NCBI GenBank assembly: GCA_030167865.1 | Contig: JALAGF010000816.1 | Span: forward strand, 1 to 42,821 | Length of the DNA stretch: 42,821 bases | Source of the DNA: Craspedostauros australis | Lineage: Eukaryota | Reading direction: 5' to 3' | In this document: positions 9,145 to 22,269 of the stretch, piece by piece | Layout: each line of letters starts with the position of its first letter | Numbering within the stretch: position 1 is the stretch's first letter | Notes under the pieces: model-generated | Seen by the model: the letters and a program-made list of their open reading frames with translations, nothing else | The model's database searches: none | Told to the model about the DNA's origin: nothing | Position numbers and translations under genes: made by a program

Positions 9145-9816
9145 ATGACAGCGCACGTCATCAAACGCCACCGCAAGACTTCCACAGTCTCTGCCGCCAA
9201 CGGCGCTCAGCAGGGCACCGTCTTTTCGCAACACAGAGACCAGCAGAATACGAGAACACGGCAGGGTGCCTCAAAACGTGGCGATTCCGCTCGGAAGAGT
9301 GCCGGTGGCCGCACCGAACCAGGTAGCTGCGACATCTCCTGCGCCCAGGAGGAAATGGCTGCCGCCGCCGCCGCTTCTCCTTCACTATCATCGTCGGAGA
9401 GCGTCACAGAAGAAGGTGACAAGCAGAAGGAACTCCCGAGCCTCGGCCCCAAGATGGCGGAAGCCTCGCCGCATATCAGAGCCAGTCAGGGACATGGCAT
9501 CTTCGACCACAGCAAGTCACTCATCTCGCAGACGGATGCGGAGGCCAACCAGGATTCCACACAACCGTCCACGCAGAAGCAGGGATTCAATGCGGGGATA
9601 TATGCCGGATTCTTCCTAGGAATGCTTCTCATTGCGTTGGTGGCCCGACGACAAATGAGGCGCTTCCAGCAAGGCCAAACAACCGTCTTGTGCAAGGGAA
9701 TAGCCGAGGGCATGCGCGCAGGCAGGGTCGAGTTGGAGAATGGTTCGGCCCAAGACGGCTCGGAGTCTGAGTCCGATGCCGATGCCGATGCCGACTCCTT
9801 GGGTGAGATGGCATAA
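9145..9816 (+). CDS. Hypothetical single-pass membrane protein (223 aa)
   Basis: ATG follows a C/A-rich leader. TM AGIYAGFFLGMLLIALVA is followed by RRQMRR and an acidic tail. Confidence 0.55.
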   Translation: MTAHVIKRHRKTSTVSAANGAQQGTVFSQHRDQQNTRTRQGASKRGDSARKSAGGRTEPGSCDISCAQEEMAAAAAASPSLSSSESVTEEGDKQKELPSLGPKMAEASPHIRASQGHGIFDHSKSLISQTDAEANQDSTQPSTQKQGFNAGIYAGFFLGMLLIALVARRQMRRFQQGQTTVLCKGIAEGMRAGRVELENGSAQDGSESESDADADADSLGEMA

Positions 9817-11669
9817 CCGTGCTGCATGGCGATCTCGCATCCCCAACGCACGATCCAAGCATCATCGAGGCGTCATCAATGACCCCATCAGCACTGACAT
9901 CACCACCACCACCCATACCAGCAACAGCACACTGCCAAATAGGTCACAGCGTCGCGCAAGCGGCAAACAACACGTCTGAGGATGTTGAGGTCGATTCATC
10001 AAGCTCAGCCCAAGAATCGGATGCGCTCAAGAAAGATGAACTCGCTGTTTGACCGACTTCAGAAAGGAAAGGACAAATCTCCGCAGCAACATGGCATAAA
10101 TCCCCATTGCTGCTGCTGCTGCTGGCAACGTCCTTGCGAGTCTGGGAGAAATCCATAAATTCTTACACGAGAGACTTCGTCGAACTGCAATGCACTCTGG
10201 CATAGAAAGTCGAGCGTCCGCATCGGCAACCGTAGACACAACCGAGCTCTCATATGAAGATGAATGCGGACGAACACCTGGGGATGCATTCACCCCTGTA
10301 ACATTAGAACCGTATAGTAGATGGTACATATGCACACATATCTACTTCGCGCAAGCGAGCATTCGAGTGCACTGCGCTTGCATTCCATCATTCTCCGACA
10401 TTGGAGCATACCTCCGTCTTCCGAATAGGTTCGAACCTTTCCACCAGCAGAGCGCATCACCTCTCCGGGCGGATAGAACGGTCATGGCAATTCCAACTTC
10501 TCGCTGGCAATGGTGTCTCTGCTATAATGCACGTACTAGTGTGAATGAAGACGGAGGGCGACGATGGATGGGTCCTTCGAGTGTCCATTTTCTACTGCTA
10601 AGAACCTTTGACATTCACTGTGCCATGGCTTCGCTGCTTTCACCCGCGACACACGCAACACACCGCATGCCGCATGCCACATGCCACATGCCACATGTAC
10701 GATGGAACAAAACAAACCTAATGAGTAAAGGATGCTATTTCTATTTTCCAACATCTATTGCCATAAGATTATCCACACATGCCATGCTCTAACACTTCCG
10801 CCCGCGCCTTGTGATCCTTCATATGCGTGGTGCGCTAACGTGGCCGAACATGGCATGGTACACGCTGCACGCTACGATGTACCGATTGTCCGCAACTAAC
10901 AACCTATTGGTCGACAGATACTGTATCCAATGCACTCGTACCTCCGAACATCAACCTGCAGAACACATGATGTTACATAATATAGTAACACTCGTACGAA
11001 CATGAAATAGGTGCCTTGACCGCAACCACCTCAGCCATTCCACTGTTGTGTGGCGTGTGGGTCATGTACGTGGTGCTGGTCCACGTAGCCTTGCACCAAC
11101 AAGACACACACGATAGCGGGAACAAAAAGAGAGAAAGCAAAGACCCCGACGGAGAAATGAGTACCGGTGTAACGGACAATCCAAACGAAAGAAGTCACAA
11201 GCTTGAGGTTGAACCTTCTTTGGGTATTAAAAACCGTCACAACCCACCGAACGGGATTGTGACTGTCACAAAGTCGACGCGTGTGCCTCACAGTTGCACC
11301 GAAGGTGGTGAAGCCAACACCTCAGAAAAATCAGTAACAACAACAACAAGGAAGCAATAAAACGGGGAAAAAGCCGCCAGTCCATTAAATTATCGCAGAG
11401 TCATTCGACCGATTCGCTTCGTCTGCAACGAGGTACTGTTCGCAATAGATATTCCGATGAGAAGAGCCGACGCATCCCACTTGATGCCTGCCAAAACCAC
11501 CGCGCAACAAACAGCGTTCTGCGTCACAAATCACCACACAAGTCTTCCATCCTCACCTTCGGGCAACTCTCTCCTCATAAATTCATCTCATCAACAGATC
11601 CAAAATCAACAACCGCAACACAGCAATCACTCCACCCCACTCCACCCCACTACCACAACAACAATCAAG

Positions 11670-12290
11670 ATGAGAAGCACCAGCAGCAAGACCATGCCAC
11701 TCGTTGTCCTTCCAGGACCAACAGCAACTTCCCGTAACAGCGGCTCTTTGTTCGACGGCAACGGATCATCCAGCTCCTTCGTCGTCGACGACAACTTCAA
11801 GGCACCTATCGTCACGCCGATTGACGATGAATCAGCACCAGCTGCTGCCGCTGCCGCACCAAAGCAGCAGAAGGCCAAGAAGAGCAAGAGCGTGCGCTTC
11901 GGAGACTTCGATGAAGTGTTCGAGATCCGACATTTCAAGGACATGTCTCCAAAGGAGATCGGCAACATCTACCTCTCCTCGAAGGAGATGAAGGCCATCC
12001 AGGCCAGATGCCTCAAGAACGTGCAGCGCCTGGAGGTTGGCGAAAAGATCGCCTGCCCTCGAGGCCTGGACAATCACACCGAAGGCCATCAGCTTGCCAT
12101 CGATCAGTCGCGCAAGGAAGTCTTCGCCGCCGTCATGCACGTCCAAGACTTGGAGGACCAAAATGGCTACTACATGCCACATGTCATGAGGGACGCCTGC
12201 TTGGCCACCAGCCAGAGGTGCGCGGAGTACGCCGCTTACATCGGACGGAAGGATGCCAAGGTCGCCCGAGCGGTGCACAGGAAGAGATAA
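11670..12290 (+). CDS. Diatom-type 'KSVRF ... CxRGL' family hypothetical protein (206 aa)
   Basis: Strong codon bias from ATG 11670. KSVRFGDFDEVFEI..MSPKEIGNIYLS..EMKAI, CPRGLD and RKEVFAAVMHVQ match the pattern of a large uncharacterised diatom family. Confidence 0.75.
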   Translation: MRSTSSKTMPLVVLPGPTATSRNSGSLFDGNGSSSSFVVDDNFKAPIVTPIDDESAPAAAAAAPKQQKAKKSKSVRFGDFDEVFEIRHFKDMSPKEIGNIYLSSKEMKAIQARCLKNVQRLEVGEKIACPRGLDNHTEGHQLAIDQSRKEVFAAVMHVQDLEDQNGYYMPHVMRDACLATSQRCAEYAAYIGRKDAKVARAVHRKR

Positions 12291-12622
12291 GCACTGCTTC
12301 TACAACAAACAGTGCTGAGCACAAACCCAGTGCAGCGCAATCATCCATGTACGGCAACCACCCATTCGTGAGAGGTGGTTGTAAAACAGCGGGCAAGAGC
12401 AACGTACGCACAGAGCGCCCCCATGCTGTGAACCATCACAGCAATGTACTCGCAGACGATGTACTAGTAGTACCAATATAATACACATAGAACAGCAAAG
12501 AACAGCAACATTCAAATCATATAATACGTATTGCTATCGAAGATTATGTACAATTATACAGTAGTTGGCAACTGTGCGATCGCAGCCCCTCTTGTGAATA
12601 CCAATATTGATGTTGGCATTGG

Positions 12623-15600
12623 TCATGGCTTGGTTCGGAACGGAGGCTCGTGTTTTGCCAAGGCTATGCCTTCCCCAATCCTCGTTGGGATGGAATCATC
12701 TTCATCGTCCACGCCAGACTTGAAGCATCTCTCCATTTCACTATCATCACTGCTGCTTCCATTGGTGTTGAGGCTCGAACAGTCTGTCTTGCCCTCGTTT
12801 TTTGTGTTCCTGGTGCCCACCGTGACATCGATTCCAGTCACGGCGTACTCCTTGGTGGCTGTGTTACCACTCGTCGCCGTACGATGTGTCTCGCATGTAG
12901 CGGCGGCGACTGGAGGAGAAACCGCATCGTCATTATTTAATTCCGATGATTGTAGCGACGCCGCGACTGATTGCGCTGTGGGTGGCGCATGTGACATTGG
13001 CGTTAACGCCGATCGCGAAGTTGGCTCGGCGGGAATCGCTAAGTTCGAATGCGGCTGCGCGAGCGCACTTCGATCCTGTCCTGCGGTTGGCGGGATAGGT
13101 GGCGCTGCCAAATGACGGGATAGGTTCGGCGGGTTATCGTAAAAGTCCGGTTCGTCAGCAACCGGGGTCCACGAAGGCATGCGGTCTTTCATCTGCTCCT
13201 GGGTCAAACCCCAGCAAAGCGATGCGTCGTCCCTCGTGAAGAGGTTGTGGTAGTGAGCACCTTCGTCCCAGCTCGTTCCGCCCATTTGCGCGAATCCATG
13301 ATCTCGCAGCGCATGTCGGAAGCTTGCGAACTTCATGCGGAAGTATCGCGGCATGATCGTGGACACGAAAGTCGGGCGGTCATGGATCAGAAAGGCTTTG
13401 CCATGATGTGACCATGAGGCGATCAGCCCATGCCCCACGGCGGATGCTTCGTTGAGCATGATTCTCAGGCATGTTAGGAAATCGTGGTTGGCCTTGACTG
13501 CCATCCCGAGCAGCTGATCGCTTGATGTTGCCCATGTCACGCGCGGCAGTTCATCCCGTCGGAGGAAAGGATGGGAGTAGCTGGGCACGACATACTGGCC
13601 AACCCTGATCTTTCCAGGCGATCGGACGAATCCCCACCGTTGCAGCTTCTGGATGAATGAACTCTCCCTGATGGGGTCCGAGAACGTGCCGTAAACTTGA
13701 GTCAAGAATTTGGGAAAGTCATGGATCATGAAAGATTCCCCGGGACTATCCCAGCAAGCGACGTCCCTGAGGTCGTTGCGTTCTGCGTATCGAAGCATCT
13801 CGTGCAGCCTGACGACGAAGTGAGTGTGGTCTTTGGCAAGCTCAGCGACCTGTGCATTCGCAGGGTTGGTTGTGGATGAATCAAGTCGTAGAGTAGTTGT
13901 TGCATGGAATGGCATACGGGGTGGAGTACAAAGTGTGGTCATACAGGTGGAGTTGCAGGAGAACATGATGATTGGAGGGTAGTGGGTCAGGAACGATATC
14001 GATGGGCAATGCACATACTGGTAGGTTGGTGATACATCGATCCACAACAAGCACCTCCGCTCCACTCCACTTCACTCCAGCACTGCGCTGTTTCACTCTG
14101 CTCTACTCTTCTCTGCACTGTGTCGCACACAACGCACAACCTATAACACACAACTTACCGTCCTGCCATGAATCCTCATCTGCTTGCAACGATGGCGTTT
14201 GGCACGCGAGAACAATCGATGGATGAAGGTATCCGCGTGAGGACCGCTCTTGAAGTAAACAAAGCCCCATCGTGACAGAGCATCGACGAAGTCCTCCCAT
14301 GTTGCTATCTGCAGTTGCGGCGGGAATGCCTTGCCGATCACGTTCGCAACGAAACGCTGCTTGTCGTGAACGCGGAATGAACTTCCATCTGGTTCCCACG
14401 ATACGATGGGATCTGGATTGTTGGCCGCCTCCGTGAAAGGATCCGTATGTTGCACCTTCACGGAGTACTCGTCCAGGAGATCGTGCAGCCGCCAAGGGAA
14501 GAGGAGCGACCATGAGCTCTGAAGAGGCTTGTACTTAGCATGGATGATGAAGCCATGCTTCGGTTCGGACCCGACCACAGGCTGCGGCAGGGACGGGGAC
14601 CTTCTCTGCCGTTTCGATGCCGGTGGTTCCGCGGGCGCTTCTGCAGCTGCGGATCCGCCGACCGTCGGCACATCGCGAGTGCCGCTTTGAGGGAAGGACA
14701 CGATCTGAGACGGCATTCGTCGTTTCTGTGTGCGTTCCACAGCACCTTCCGAAACACCCTGTTGATGTTTCTCAGTTTGTGGCGGCGGACCTTGAGCGGG
14801 CGCCTTGATGTCTTGGTTCGCTTTTGCAAAGATGGATGAAGGAACAGCACTTGGTGTGATTGGCTGCGATGTGGAAGGCGTGTTGGTAGAAGAGTGCGAA
14901 GTAGAAGACTGGTTCTTTGAATCTGGTGGAATTGGCGATGATCGCGTCACCTGCGGGGAAGGCTGCTCCTGTGCATTCGAAGCGAGGAATGACGTGAGCC
15001 GCGGGTATTGCGAGAGTATGTTGCGAAGGTGACCGTCCAGATGTGCCGCGAGGGGACTTGACGATGCATTCCTTTGTTGTTGGAGTTGGTCGTTCCGACC
15101 TCCCGCTTGCTGTTGCTGGCACGCGGACTCAGAGGCGCGGGCGCTGGTCGTGCTTGGCATCGCTGGCTGTTCCTGTTGTTGTTGCTGCTGTTCCAGCAGC
15201 TTGGTATGGATATTGCATAGCAGCGTGGCGACGGTATTCTCCTCCTGATTCCGTGCCCGTGAAAACGATTGCTGTGTTGGTGTGGCAGCGCAATGGGGCA
15301 TCACAAAGAGATGTCGACGCATCGCAGCGGACGGTCGCAGTGGACGAGATGGGGGAGTACAATACGTGAGACGAGAAGAGGTGATTTCATTGCCCAACAG
15401 AGAAGCACAGAGTGTAGAGCGGAGCAACATATCATGAGACACTGTTCCACACAGCATCGCAGGATGCGGTTCAGACGTCGGCCACCGAAGTGAGCGATGC
15501 CAAAACATGAGAGCGCACTTACCGCAACTGCGGATCCCGGAGCTGGTTCGGGATGTGAAGTAGAAGATTGTTGGTCGGGTATCGCGGGTGTCGATGCCCT

Positions 15601-16419
15601 ATGACTATCACTGGGGGGATGCGTGTTTGCTGGTGCAGAATATTGTCCCATCTGCGATGGTGCCGAGTCATCTGGCTGAATGGAATGCACGCCTGGTTTG
15701 GACTGTGCAATGTTAGTCGGTGAGGTCCGACAGTGTGGCAAGTCACCTTGGTTCCGGATGGCGCCTGGTGTATCCGGTGGAATCAAGGCGCTTTGGTTTC
15801 GTTGTTGGTTCCTGTCTGTACGGGAGAGCGGCGACGTGGACGACGACGATGATGACAATGACAAGGCATCATTCATGTTTGCAGGTTGAAGTTGAAGTGG
15901 GCGTTGCGGTGAATGAAAAGATGATGGAAGCCCAGCCGCATGATCTGCTGTCGTGGCGGTGGATTCTGCATTGTACCTGGCATCTGCTTCCATGCCAACC
16001 GAAGGATGAGTGTTCCCAACACCGGCGACCTCGTGAGCTCCCGCAGACTGCTGGGTCATCAGCCATCGCGTCATATCTTGCGTCAAGGCTTGCGCCGCGT
16101 TGGTCTGGCTGTTGGTCTGAGCGAGGAGTTGCAGTATGTTGCTTGCGTTGGCTGCATTCAACTGCGGATGGGCACCAGCCAAGCTCGCAAGCCCGGAGAG
16201 CTGAGCGCTGGCATTGGCCAGGATCGCCGCTTGGGCCAGATCTGCCATTGACAACGATGGAAGACGCAAGTTGTCGCCAAGTCCTGCCGTGAAGGATGAC
16301 AGCAGGATGGCCATCAACGCATCATTCAGTGATCCATGCTGTTGTAACTGTTGTAACTGTTGCTGCTGTAGCTGTTGCAGCTGTTGCTGCAAGGCGAGGA
16401 GCACCTGCAACGGCAGCAT
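12623..16419 (-). CDS. Heat-shock-factor family transcription factor with three HSF DNA-binding domains (~1069 aa, 3 exons)
   Basis: Exons 16419-15523, 15244-14159 and 13849-12623. Both introns (15522-15245, 14158-13850) are GTAAGT...CAG and phase 0 in frame. HSF DBDs: FPWRLHDLL..IVSWEPDGSSFRVHD..LSRWGF; FVVRLHEML..WDSPGESFMIHD..LQRWGF..YSHPFLRR; FLTCLRIML..SWSHHGKAFLIHD..YFRMKFASFRHALRDHGF..HYHNLFTR. The N-terminus is Q/L/A-rich. Confidence 0.82.
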
Positions 16420-16673
16420 GGTGACGATCGCGACTGCGATTGTAATTGTGATCGTCTCGATGAGAGGATGGAGAATGTTATACGATTGGGTGCGATGGCT
16501 GCAATGTCTGCAATGGCTGCTCCTGACAATGACGGACGATGAGGAGTCTCTCTGCGCTTGTGACGAAGCGGAGATCGTTTCTCATGGACTCCACCATACT
16601 CGTTGTGGGAAGTATCCACAGAGTACTGGTATTGTTGTTGCGACCCTCGCCTTCCAAGCACCATGTGAGCAAC

Positions 16674-16728
16674 AGAGCAACAACAGAGCAACAACAGAGC
16701 AACAACAGAGCAACAACAGAGCAACAAC
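16674..16728 (+). repeat. Tandem repeat, 11-bp unit AGAGCAACAAC x5
   Basis: Five perfect adjacent copies, upstream of the HSF gene. Confidence 0.9.
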
Positions 16729-17574
16729 AGAACCGCAAGGCAACGAAGGCCAACCCACAAACATCCACAGAGAGACATCGACAAGCAATTAACACCAGCT
16801 GTCGCCGCATGGTCGAAGGAGGCTGTTCCACCACCGCAGCTCCCTTCTGCACAACAGGTGCAGGTCTCGGATGCGCTTCTACGTTTGTTCTCTGACATAC
16901 GTGGTGACACACCATTGACCACCTCATCGAGCACATCTGACATTGATACAAATTGCGGGAGGGCATCAGCTTCGTCACCAAGGGATACAGCTTGTGTTTT
17001 CTCTTTTCCGTGGGGAGGAACGACGCGGCGAGCGCGTTCCACCAGCTGCGGCACACTCACAACATGAGACGTCACAGGGCTGATACTGAGGTTGATGTTG
17101 AGGTTGACACTCCAGTTCGTCGAAGCCTTCCTACCGGAGGGTACGAGCCATCCTCGTGAAATCTCCACGTCGCCTCCGTCCGTTAATTGGCCCATGGTTC
17201 CCAGTTATCATTTCTTCGTCACGACAACGCGGAATGCTTCCACAAAAACACTGCAATGTGGTCGTGACACTGATCGCCACGTACGTGGCGGCCTACATAA
17301 CACGGCACTCCTGAAAAGGGGAAAAAGACGTAGTCGGTCATGTTCGGTTACTTCCAATCAGCAAAAAGTGCATTGGTCATCTAAGTCAATACGACACATT
17401 CGATTACATGCATGCACGTTTCGATATCGGACGCATGTCAGACTCAATATATGCTTAATACAAGACATGGATACGTGAAGAACACATCGTGTTCGCCACG
17501 AGCTTCGCTCCTTCTCCCTGTCACGGAACAAAAACACTTCTTTTCTGATGTGGCACTGACACCAACACTCACAC

Positions 17575-17614
17575 AAGGCATCAAGGCATCAAGGCACCAA
17601 GGCACCAAGGCATC
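17575..17614 (+). repeat. Tandem repeat, 8-bp unit AAGGCAYC x5
   Basis: aaggcatc-aaggcatc-aaggcacc-aaggcacc-aaggcatc. Confidence 0.85.
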
Positions 17615-19289
17615 ATCGTCTGCGTTGTGGGTGGCGAGACGCCGTAACATGCCGATAGTCGTACGAGGCGGGACAACACAGAACAAGGAAGCGCAGCGCC
17701 TGATTCCTCGCACAAGTGCTCACGTGTTGAGTAATACTAATACTCGGAGGCAGAACACCATCTGTCGGCAAGCAAGGGAGACAAAGAGCAGAGCCGATGC
17801 GTTGCAGGGGTGTCTTGGGAGAACTTTCACTGACATCGTCGATGGGCCGACTGTTCGTAGACAGGCAAACGCCACCGACACTCCTGTCCTGCACCAGCGA
17901 CTACGGCAGCGCCCACGATGATAGAACAACGCGATCATTGATAATCAGCACCACGACTCCCAGCGCCCAAACACAGCATTGCATCAGGTGCGGCACCAGT
18001 GTGGCCTGAATTGGCAGGTGCAGCTCGTGTCCATAGTGAGGACGAAGTGGCACACGCACGCAGGCAGGTCGAGGTACATGGGAGGAATCCAAACGTTCGT
18101 ATTCGCGGAGGTTCATGAGGTTCGTGTTGGTGCCATCGGGTTGGAGCGTTTGCGCGCCAACCTCCGCATGTTTGTCATCGCGGGTCAGCAATGGCGGTGT
18201 CGTTGCCACCACCGTTGCCATTGTGGTTTCGGCACTACCCACGCCCGCCGTGCGGCACCCACTGTGGGCAACATCGCGAACATGTTTGTGTCTCTCCCAC
18301 CCACACTCTCTCCGTCTCTGTCTCTGTCTCTTAGCCTCGCGTGCGTACGAGTATGGGGAGGTCGTCGGTATGAGCATGTGTGGGTGCTCGCTGCTGCGCT
18401 TGGCTCCCACTCCATCTCGGTACAGAACCTTCGTGCCAAAGCGAAATAAGCCCAGAATCTTTCTCGAGAATGACAATGGCGGTGCTTCTATTCGTCAACA
18501 AAGGACGGAGATTTCCGTATTTGACCGAATGATGGGCACCAAACCGAAGCCCGTTGCCTACCCAAGATGCAGCGCGAGTATTAGTCATCCATGACGCGTA
18601 GTATAGCACATCGGCGGGCAGTCATGGGGCGGCCACAATCCGAACCATGTATGGCATGCACGGCACGACGTCGATGCAGACAGCGCCCATGAACCATCAC
18701 GAGACGCTGAAGTGCTTGCCACGAAAGCGAGGAGAGAGCAGGTGCGATGACAACAGCAGCAACAGCAACAGCAGCACCAACAGCAGGCCCATAAAATTGC
18801 AAACAGCACGGATTAAAGAAGAAAAGCAGAAGAACAACAAGCAAGCACCACTCCTGCAGCCATCTCATCATGTGTCGTTCGTTTCAGCCACACAAGACCA
18901 TCGCTGTGCAATCAGCCCTTGCCTTGCAACCGGAGCAGCACCAGCAGGGTGGCTTCAAGGCCCCATCCGAGGTCCAGTACGCCGCTCCAACAAAGCCTTC
19001 GGTCACCCCGATCGCCGTGCTCGAACGTCAACTGTAAGTGTCATCAACCACCAACAACCAACAACCAACAACCAACTTTGGGGTATGGAGATCCCTGCAT
19101 CTCTGTGGTCCTGTCGTGCTCTCATGACTTGGCAGCACTTGATGAAACCAGGAGTGGGAGGCCGTCTCGTACAGCTTCCCGCCGATTGCTGCCATTGAGC
19201 GTCGCCGTCATGGCCATCATCATCACTTCCATCACCACCTTCGTCGCCATGCGTTTCTCACCTTTGATATCCTATTCCGACGCAACGCA

Positions 19290-19748
19290 ATGCACCTCAA
19301 CGCCAACACCAACATCACCGTATCTTCGACTGAACTTCGCAGTGAAGAGAAGATCAAGCGCTGCTCTGTGAACCGCAGAACCCCGCCAAAGCAGAAGCAG
19401 CAGCACCATGCCACCTGCCACCCAAAGCAGGAACTCACCATCAGCGAGGAGCTCTCCGAAACGAAGCTTTCGGACCGCGAGGACCATGCGTGGGATGCGC
19501 TCATCCGCATCATGCGACGTCAGCTCCGCGATGCGCCCACGAAGAGAGCATCCGCATTGCCCAACAGGCCAAAGTCCATCTCCCTGCGTCCCACCTACGC
19601 CAACCGCCTCAGCTCGGTGCAGATCGCGCAGGCGATCCAGCAGTCGCATGATATCCGCCAGATGTATCTGCGCAGGGAATCCGCCGTCAAGACCAACATC
19701 GCTGGCCTCCTGCGCCATCCCGAGCACATGAGCCAGGAATGCCGCTGA
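19290..19748 (+). CDS. Hypothetical basic protein, probably the last exon of a gene starting near 18647
   Basis: Coding-like codon usage over 19350-19748. An upstream ORF from 18647 has a GTAAGT donor at 19034; the acceptor is not resolved. Confidence 0.4.
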   Translation: MHLNANTNITVSSTELRSEEKIKRCSVNRRTPPKQKQQHHATCHPKQELTISEELSETKLSDREDHAWDALIRIMRRQLRDAPTKRASALPNRPKSISLRPTYANRLSSVQIAQAIQQSHDIRQMYLRRESAVKTNIAGLLRHPEHMSQECR

Positions 19749-20700
19749 TGCGTGACCACGATCGGAAGATCACGATCATGCGAGATGCGGCACGCCATCT
19801 TGTGCCGCGGTTGATCGCAAGAGGGGCGCTCTGCGAGTGCTCCGTGGCACGGATGTCAATGCCCGCCATGTAGGCACAAACCCGAACACCGCGGCGGCCG
19901 ACATCTAAGCTGTGCGACGACACTCTCTTGGGACACGCTCATCAGTGAGAGCGCATTCCGATGACATCCAACTGGGGAGGGTGGACAGTCGGTGCTCTTG
20001 GAGGGGGGCAAGGAGCATCGCTGCACCAGCATCATCTTCCGACGACTTTCGCGAGGGACTCCATGAACACCCATCTCCGCGTCATTTGGGATGGCCATCC
20101 GTTGGGCCACAGGACAGTATCCACCTTCTACAAGTAGTACCAGAAACAAATGGACCAACAGGTGCAGGAGATAGCATAGGTGGTATGATACTAGAGTATA
20201 CTATACTGTACCACAGTGCTGTATCGCTATTGCACTGAACCACACGGCTCGCACACCGCATAGTATGCTACAAACAAGATCGAACGACAATGGGCACACA
20301 CCCCCGAATGATTCCATTGTGCTGGTAGGATCGGTCACATATAAACACTAGCTAGCATTATTTTCTATTGCAATTGTATGGTATGGTGAAGCGGTACGAA
20401 TAGTTCAGAGCACAAAGCAGTACTCCGCAGTAGCAGAGATAGCAGCAACATCACATGTAGTAGACTGCGGCACATGTAGCGGGTACACGCACGGTATGGT
20501 CGGTACGATACCAATGTGTATCCTCCGAACCAGCACGGAGGCAGAATGCCTGCCGCGCCGAACAAGTACGCGTATGAGCCAGCAGGGACGAGCATGGCAA
20601 AAATATGCGTCTGGCACGGTGAAGGATGCGTGTGGTACAGTACGGCATGGCGATGATGACGATGGCGATGAAGCCAACGACAGAGGAGGACATGCTGTCG

Positions 20701-22269
20701 TCAGGCATGAAGAACGAACATTCCAGAAGCCGACGGAGCGTTGCCGCCACTTCCATGATCGTAATCATCGTCGTTGTTGCCGTCGTCTTTTGGAAAGCCC
20801 CGACAGTCATAGGGAAGCAAGAGCATCTCCTCCTCTGAGTCGTCATCATCATCGTCATCAACGTCATTCGGGTCGATCACTTCTCCAGCCTCTGCCTTGA
20901 ACGGTTTCTGTCCGAGCGCAGCCATTCCAGAATGATCAGCCCCATCGCCAGTGTTAGTGGCGAAGGGGTTGGTCATTTTCGAAAAGCTGCCGTCGGTGGT
21001 GGCGGTTGCAATTTCTTCGCATGCCTGCAAAAACTCTTCATCGTCGTCCGCAGGCGCATTCGAGGTGACACCTCCACCCGCAACTGGCGCTCGCACATCG
21101 ACAGGATTCACGATCTTCCCTGGGCAAATGTGGCCCTCCTTGATCATTCCACAGATGCTGCATCTGTACTTGGCAGGGGAGGACTTGCCAGTCTTCGAGC
21201 GCTTTGCGGGCGCTTGGTTGCCGCGGGCAACTCTAGCAGAGTAGGCTTCCATCCGGCGGGCTTCAGCAGCTTTCAACAACTCTCGGCTTGCCGCGGTGCT
21301 GGCCGTTTGGCTCGTCAGGTTTTTCTGAGCAAGCAAGAGCGCACGCGAAGGCCAAGGCAGATTCATCGAACGCCGAAGATGTGGTGGAATAGTTCAGTGC
21401 CCGAACATGATGGGGTATGGTAGGGTGTGCATGTAGAATCGTCAAGTAGAAGCGTTCAGTGGAACCGTTCAGCAGAATACGAGAGAAGAGTAGGAAGGAA
21501 GATGCATAGCGGCATGGCCACCAGGCGGGCATGGAGTTGCAGGTATGGGTTGGTGAGAACACAACACAACACAATGGGGATAAGACACGGACGGCCAACA
21601 CTTGGGACCTAATGGCCGGACGCATACCAACACAGGCACGCTGCTCACATGCTCACTTCGCCACACCTTGCACAACGTCATGGGACGACGAACAACTTGT
21701 CACCGATTGATGGCGGTACTTACGAATTCGCACTCGTGCCCCTTTCTGGGCTTCCCACATGAGCCGCACTTCTGTGGACCTCGCCCCGTGCGATGGTAGT
21801 AGGACGTGAGGGTGCGTCCGTTTCTCTTGAGGATGTCGGTGCGAGGGGGATACGACTTTCGTCTGGTCAACTCCCGTGTTGAGGCCGGCGGCTTGACGGA
21901 GCTTCGTGCTCGTGCTCGTGGTGATGCTCTTGCTTTTGCTCGGCCTCGGGTGTTGTCGAATGCACGGCGTTGCACATTCGCAGATCCTGCAGCGGCCGCT
22001 GGCGCCGGCAACACCATTACCACCTGAGGATCGTCAGGGAACGGTTCCGGTACGAGGACTTGCATGGGATCTTGTGGATCGCCGCCATTGGCGTTGGCAT
22101 CGTCCGTCGGTGCCAAAGAAGGCGGGGCATCGTCACGACCGACATTGGCTCCAGCATTGTTGCCATCACCGACATTGTCACCAGGAATGTTACCAGCATT
22201 GTTGCCAGCAGTACCGTCATCACGGTCACGGCCGTCAGTCTGCTTGTTTTCTTGCTTGACGATCTTCAT
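20701..22269 (-). CDS. Disordered protein with two CxxCG-x3-GHxC zinc-knuckle motifs (2 exons; ends uncertain)
   Basis: Exons 22269-21724 and 21324-20701, with a phase-0 GTAAGT...TTGCTCAG intron (21723-21325). Motifs QKCGSCGKPRKGHECEF and YRCSICGMIKEGHICP, plus basic NLS-like and acidic tracts. Confidence 0.68.

Noticed and set aside
9900-11400. Intergenic stretch with short ORFs and a (CACATGC)n repeat near 10665-10697
   Set aside because: No supportable gene or RNA structure; it is an ordinary simple repeat.
16326-18600. Several overlapping 150-290 aa ORFs between the HSF gene and 18647
   Set aside because: They show no recognisable domains, are partly built from tandem repeats, and have no consistent coding frame.
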